A DNA stretch of 64,000 bases, taken from contig OY761556.1 of the NCBI GenBank assembly GCA_963664705.1, forward strand, positions 6,624,001 to 6,688,000, read 5' to 3'. A program made the position numbers and the translations under genes. Source of the DNA: Acidobacteriota bacterium (GTDB lineage Bacteria > Acidobacteriota > UBA6911). Shown one piece after another: positions 60,271 to 64,000 of this stretch (within the stretch, counting starts at the first letter, position 1; every line of letters begins with the position of its first letter). The notes beneath the pieces are model-generated. The model saw only the letters and a program-made list of their open reading frames with translations. It had not been told where the DNA came from and ran no database searches.

Positions 60271-62756
60271 TGGAGGAAATTCTCCATATCCTGTTGGTCG
60301 AGGATAATCCGGCAGAAGCATTTCTGCTGCAGGAATCGGTCGCGCAGGTGCAGAATCCGCCTGAAGTCATTCATGCCGAACGGCTGGATCAGGCGCTGAA
60401 GTTTTTGAAAGAAAAACCGATAGATGCCGTCCTCCTGGACTTGGCCCTGCCGGACAGCGAAGGGTTGTCAACGCTGGAGAAGGCGAACGCTGCCGCAGAC
60501 TACCTCCCCATTATCGTTTTGACCGGGCTCGAAGACGAAGCCGTTGCGATTGAAGCGGTGCGCAAAGGCGCGCAGGATTACCTGCTCAAAGGGCAGTCAG
60601 GCGCACGGCAGCTGATGCAGACCATATACCACGCGGTTGAACGCAAGCGGCTGGAAAGAGCGGTTTCCCAGGCTGCCCAGAAGAATCTGTTGCTGGCAGA
60701 GGCGTCTGCCGTAGTCGTGGGACAACGGGACTTGAAGGGATTGCTTGAAAAAGTGGCCGATGCGGCACGCGAGTTGACTGAAACACGCATCTGCTGCACC
60801 GGTGCGGGCTATGTCGACGGCCAATTTCGCATCCGTGCGGTATCCTGTTCGGCAGAGTCGTCTGATGGAGCTTTGAGCGGATACGGTTGCGATGGAGCCT
60901 ACCTGGGGCTTTTTGAACAGCGGGAAACCGTGCTTTTGTCCGCGACGGAGTGGAGTGAATACTGCCGACAGCGGGGCGTATCCGCCGAATTTGCCGGCAC
61001 AAACGGTTTCCTGGGCGCGAGGCTGGTGGATGCCGGCGGCCGTTCCGCCGGCGTAATCGTTGTCAGCGACCGGATGCAGGGCGGTGAGTTCAGCAAAGAA
61101 GATGAGGCATTGCTGAGGCAGTTAGCGCTGATCACATCGCTGGCGATGCAGCATATTGATTCGCGAACCGCAGCCGAGGCGGCCAGCATAGCCAAAAGCC
61201 AGTTCCTTGCCAATATGAGCCACGAATTGCGCACTCCCATGAATGCGATCCTGGGAATGACAGACCTGGCGCTGAATGAGCCGTTGCCTCCCTCCGTGCG
61301 GGATTGCCTGCAAACGGCAAGAGAATCCGCAGATGTCCTGCTGGAGCTTCTGAACCAGATTCTCGATCTGTCGCGCATCGAAGCGGGCCGTTTTGAACTT
61401 GAATCGACGGAATTCAGCATTCAGAAAACAGTCGAACACGTGATCAAGACTTTGCGAGTCCGGGCCAGCGCAAAGGGACTGGCCTTGATTTACAACCTGC
61501 CATCCGATGTGCCTGAGACCGTATCTGGAGACCCGCTGCGCTTCCGGCAAATTTTGATGAATCTGGTGGATAATGCCATCAAGTTTACGCAGGCCGGAAG
61601 AATTGCGGTGAAGGCGGAAATCCGCGAACAATCCAGGGGAGCGGTGACTCTGGAATTCATGGTGTCGGATACGGGCATTGGAATCTCTCCGGAGGATCAG
61701 AGCCGTATATTTATCGCGTTTACCCAGGCGGACGCTTCCACGACCCGCAATTATGGCGGGACTGGCCTGGGGCTCACGATTTCTCGCAAACTGGTTGAGT
61801 TGATGAACGGGCGGATCTGGGTCGAGAGCAAACCCAATCGCGGCAGCACATTCCATTTCACCGTCCGGCTGAAAGTACACGAGGGCGCGGCAACACAAAG
61901 GGATGAGCGCATGATTCCGCCTCGATCCGGAGTGTCCCGGCGCGCACTTCGCGTGCTTTTGGCCGAGGATACTCCCACCAATCAGAAGCTCGCCGAGTAT
62001 ATTCTTACCAGGCGGGGACACCGCGTTGAAATCGCGCAGAATGGACAACAGGCATGGGACATGCTGCAGCATTCCAATTACGATATCGTGTTGATGGATG
62101 TTCAGATGCCGGTCATGGATGGATTTCAGGCCACCGCAAAAATTCGAGCCTCTTCAGATCCGATAAAAGCGCAGATCCCGATTGTCGCCATGACCGCACA
62201 TGCGCTGAAAGGGGACGCGGAGCGCTGTCTGGCTGCGGGCATGGACGCCTATGTGAGCAAGCCAATCCAGCAGGAGGAATTTATCGAAATTGTGGAGGTC
62301 CTTGGAAATAGCGAGGAAGAACCACCCGCCGCAGCCTTGCAGCTTGTCTCAAACAGACCCCCGGAAATTGCAGAAACGCACGGGAAGGACGGGATGGTTT
62401 TTGATCTCAACGAAGCTGTCAGCCGGTGTTTCGGGAAATACGAATTCTTCCTGGAAATGGTCGCCTGCTTTTTCTGCGAAACGGATGACATGTTCCGGAC
62501 CCTGCGGGAAGCGCGAGCGCAGGAGAATGCGGAAGAAGTGAGAGCTATTGCGCACCGAATGAAAAATACCATTGTGTATCTCGGCGCCCGGCCCGCAACC
62601 CAGGCTATTCTGGAGGTGGAGAAGACAGCCAAGAACAAGGCGTTCCCGGAATTGGATCAGGCATTGAGTTGCCTGGACGCTGAACTGGAAAGGCTCAAGC
62701 AGGCTCTGGCGTCTTACCGGGGGCAGGATTCAAAAAAAACAAACTTGAGAGTTTAG
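60270..62756 (+). CDS. Hybrid histidine kinase REC-GAF-HisKA-HATPase-REC-Hpt
   Basis: SHELRTPMN, NAIKFT, GGTGLGL, two receiver domains, AHRMK Hpt motif. Confidence 0.93.
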   Translation: MEEILHILLVEDNPAEAFLLQESVAQVQNPPEVIHAERLDQALKFLKEKPIDAVLLDLALPDSEGLSTLEKANAAADYLPIIVLTGLEDEAVAIEAVRKGAQDYLLKGQSGARQLMQTIYHAVERKRLERAVSQAAQKNLLLAEASAVVVGQRDLKGLLEKVADAARELTETRICCTGAGYVDGQFRIRAVSCSAESSDGALSGYGCDGAYLGLFEQRETVLLSATEWSEYCRQRGVSAEFAGTNGFLGARLVDAGGRSAGVIVVSDRMQGGEFSKEDEALLRQLALITSLAMQHIDSRTAAEAASIAKSQFLANMSHELRTPMNAILGMTDLALNEPLPPSVRDCLQTARESADVLLELLNQILDLSRIEAGRFELESTEFSIQKTVEHVIKTLRVRASAKGLALIYNLPSDVPETVSGDPLRFRQILMNLVDNAIKFTQAGRIAVKAEIREQSRGAVTLEFMVSDTGIGISPEDQSRIFIAFTQADASTTRNYGGTGLGLTISRKLVELMNGRIWVESKPNRGSTFHFTVRLKVHEGAATQRDERMIPPRSGVSRRALRVLLAEDTPTNQKLAEYILTRRGHRVEIAQNGQQAWDMLQHSNYDIVLMDVQMPVMDGFQATAKIRASSDPIKAQIPIVAMTAHALKGDAERCLAAGMDAYVSKPIQQEEFIEIVEVLGNSEEEPPAAALQLVSNRPPEIAETHGKDGMVFDLNEAVSRCFGKYEFFLEMVACFFCETDDMFRTLREARAQENAEEVRAIAHRMKNTIVYLGARPATQAILEVEKTAKNKAFPELDQALSCLDAELERLKQALASYRGQDSKKTNLRV

Positions 62757-62771
62757 AATTCGGAATGGGAG

Positions 62772-62804
62772 CCGTTGGAGTGCGGTGCCACCGCACTCCA
62801 ACGG
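62772..62804. repeat. Perfect 16-bp palindrome, GGAGTGCGG REP-like
   Basis: CCGTTGGAGTGCGGTG-C-CACCGCACTCCAACGG between convergent genes. Confidence 0.75.
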
Positions 62805-62847
62805 GCTTCGTCCCTCGAAGCATTAGGCGAGACGGCAGCGCTCCCCG

Positions 62848-63999
62848 TTATTTTTCCAACACTTCATCTATCGTCACCAAATCCACCAGCCCCCGGCAGC
62901 CATACAAAACAGGAAGTATTTGTTCCGGAGGATATTTCCGGCGCAGAGCCGCTACTTTCTCCGTGCCCGCGCGGTAGGCGGGTAAACACATTCGGCCCAG
63001 AAGGGGATGCCGCCCCCAGGCTCCCGACAGCGATTTTGCCCGCTCTTCCGAAACGAGATAATCCCGGCGCAGCACCGCCGCGACCGCTCCCTGCTCCATG
63101 CCCTCCTGCCAAGTGAGCCAGGAAGCCTGGTTCTTGGCGTCGTCCTGAAGAAGCGCGAGGAGTACACCAATCTGCAGATCGGGTGCCGGGAGTTGATCCA
63201 CTTCGGTGACTCCATAGGCAATCAGGATTGCGTTGTTGGCCAATCCCTCAAACAGAGAGGCCGCGAGCGTATTCATCGTCAACACCGTGGCCTCAAATCC
63301 AACCTTCTCCCTTTCATACAGGTTCTGCAGAAATGCAAATGTTGTGACATGCCCGGGAACCACCTCGTGGCTGACGAGCTGCTGAAATTCAGGAACGGCT
63401 ATATGCAGTGATGCGTTGATTTCATAGCTGGCTTCGTATTCGGGGCTTCCATCAGCCCTTCGTGCCCGTCCCAGATAGTTCATGGATCCGGAAAACCACG
63501 CGCCGGTGATCGGCAGAAAGCGGATGTTTGCCATGGGCACCGAGTGAAAGGCCTTGGGAAGATGGGGTAACAGATTTTTTCGCGTCAACTGTTCCAGTTC
63601 GGCAATAAATGCGGAACCCAGAGCTGGGATAGAGCTGGTAGGAGTTGCGCGCTCCGCACGCCACGCATCCGCGGCCGCACACAATTCATCGCTGCCGGAG
63701 GAGGGATATCCGGCGCGATCCAACAATTCACGCACGCGCTTGCGTTTTGCAGAAGGATGGGAGGGTTGAGGTGCTGATCCCGTTGAGGCAAGGACGCATT
63801 GTTCATAGGAAACCCTGGGGCCTTTTCCGAGGCGTTCCATTGCGAGATCCCACATAACTTTAAAGCAGGGGATAAGACCTTGCAGATACGATCGTCTCTG
63901 CCGGGGAAATGCTTCGGCCTGTTCCGCCAGATCCTCGATGGCTCCCCGCACATCGACCACGTCAAGGAAAGATTCAATGGCGCTCCGGTCCAGCCTCTT
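62848..63999 (-). CDS. Hypothetical zincin-like protein (HEVVPGH motif, DUF885-like), 5'-partial
   Basis: The frame stays open to the window edge; HExxPGH followed by a downstream FEGLA. Confidence 0.7.
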   Translation of the reverse strand, partial: KRLDRSAIESFLDVVDVRGAIEDLAEQAEAFPRQRRSYLQGLIPCFKVMWDLAMERLGKGPRVSYEQCVLASTGSAPQPSHPSAKRKRVRELLDRAGYPSSGSDELCAAADAWRAERATPTSSIPALGSAFIAELEQLTRKNLLPHLPKAFHSVPMANIRFLPITGAWFSGSMNYLGRARRADGSPEYEASYEINASLHIAVPEFQQLVSHEVVPGHVTTFAFLQNLYEREKVGFEATVLTMNTLAASLFEGLANNAILIAYGVTEVDQLPAPDLQIGVLLALLQDDAKNQASWLTWQEGMEQGAVAAVLRRDYLVSEERAKSLSGAWGRHPLLGRMCLPAYRAGTEKVAALRRKYPPEQILPVLYGCRGLVDLVTIDEVLEK

Positions 64000-64000
64000 T

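Overview
A gene-dense bacterial chromosomal window. Gene content suggests an anaerobic, Gram-negative organism, possibly Acidobacteriota-like (inference). Main blocks: (1) a multi-PAS/GAF hybrid histidine kinase and an MFS transporter; (2) an expanded Kdp K+-uptake locus with KdpD split into one membrane kinase and two stand-alone N-terminal KdpD-USP proteins, plus kdpE, a USP-like ORF, two small membrane peptides (one is kdpF), kdpABC and a convergent APC/KimA-like permease whose promoter shares a 40-bp repeat motif with the kdp promoter; (3) accessory genes (yqeB, TetR, DUF1801, tandem MBL hydrolase, MFS, AlgE-like porin, phosphotriesterase-like, MATE, SDR); (4) an amino-sugar operon (GlmU-like LbH protein, glmM, NagB-like, POT/MFS transporter); (5) ABC permease, esterases, pirin, probable PPi-PFK and a CPA2 antiporter; (6) a divergent anaerobic catabolic cluster with a xanthine-dehydrogenase-family Mo enzyme and CoxG behind a sigma54-type promoter on one side, and HAD/ECH, thiolase and FAD/CCG/FAD oxidoreductases on the other; (7) a Crp/Fnr regulator, dcd, a response regulator-hybrid kinase pair and a partial HExxPGH protein. 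Intergenic spaces hold many REP/REPIN-like and 7-/9-mer-repeat hairpins, an internally deleted GxxExxY gene between 9-mer-repeat inverted ends, a candidate Acido-Lenti-1/Bacteroidales-1-type ncRNA and a possible IS110 end at the left edge. I saw no rRNA, tRNA or CRISPR array. All family assignments come from motif recognition, not database searches.
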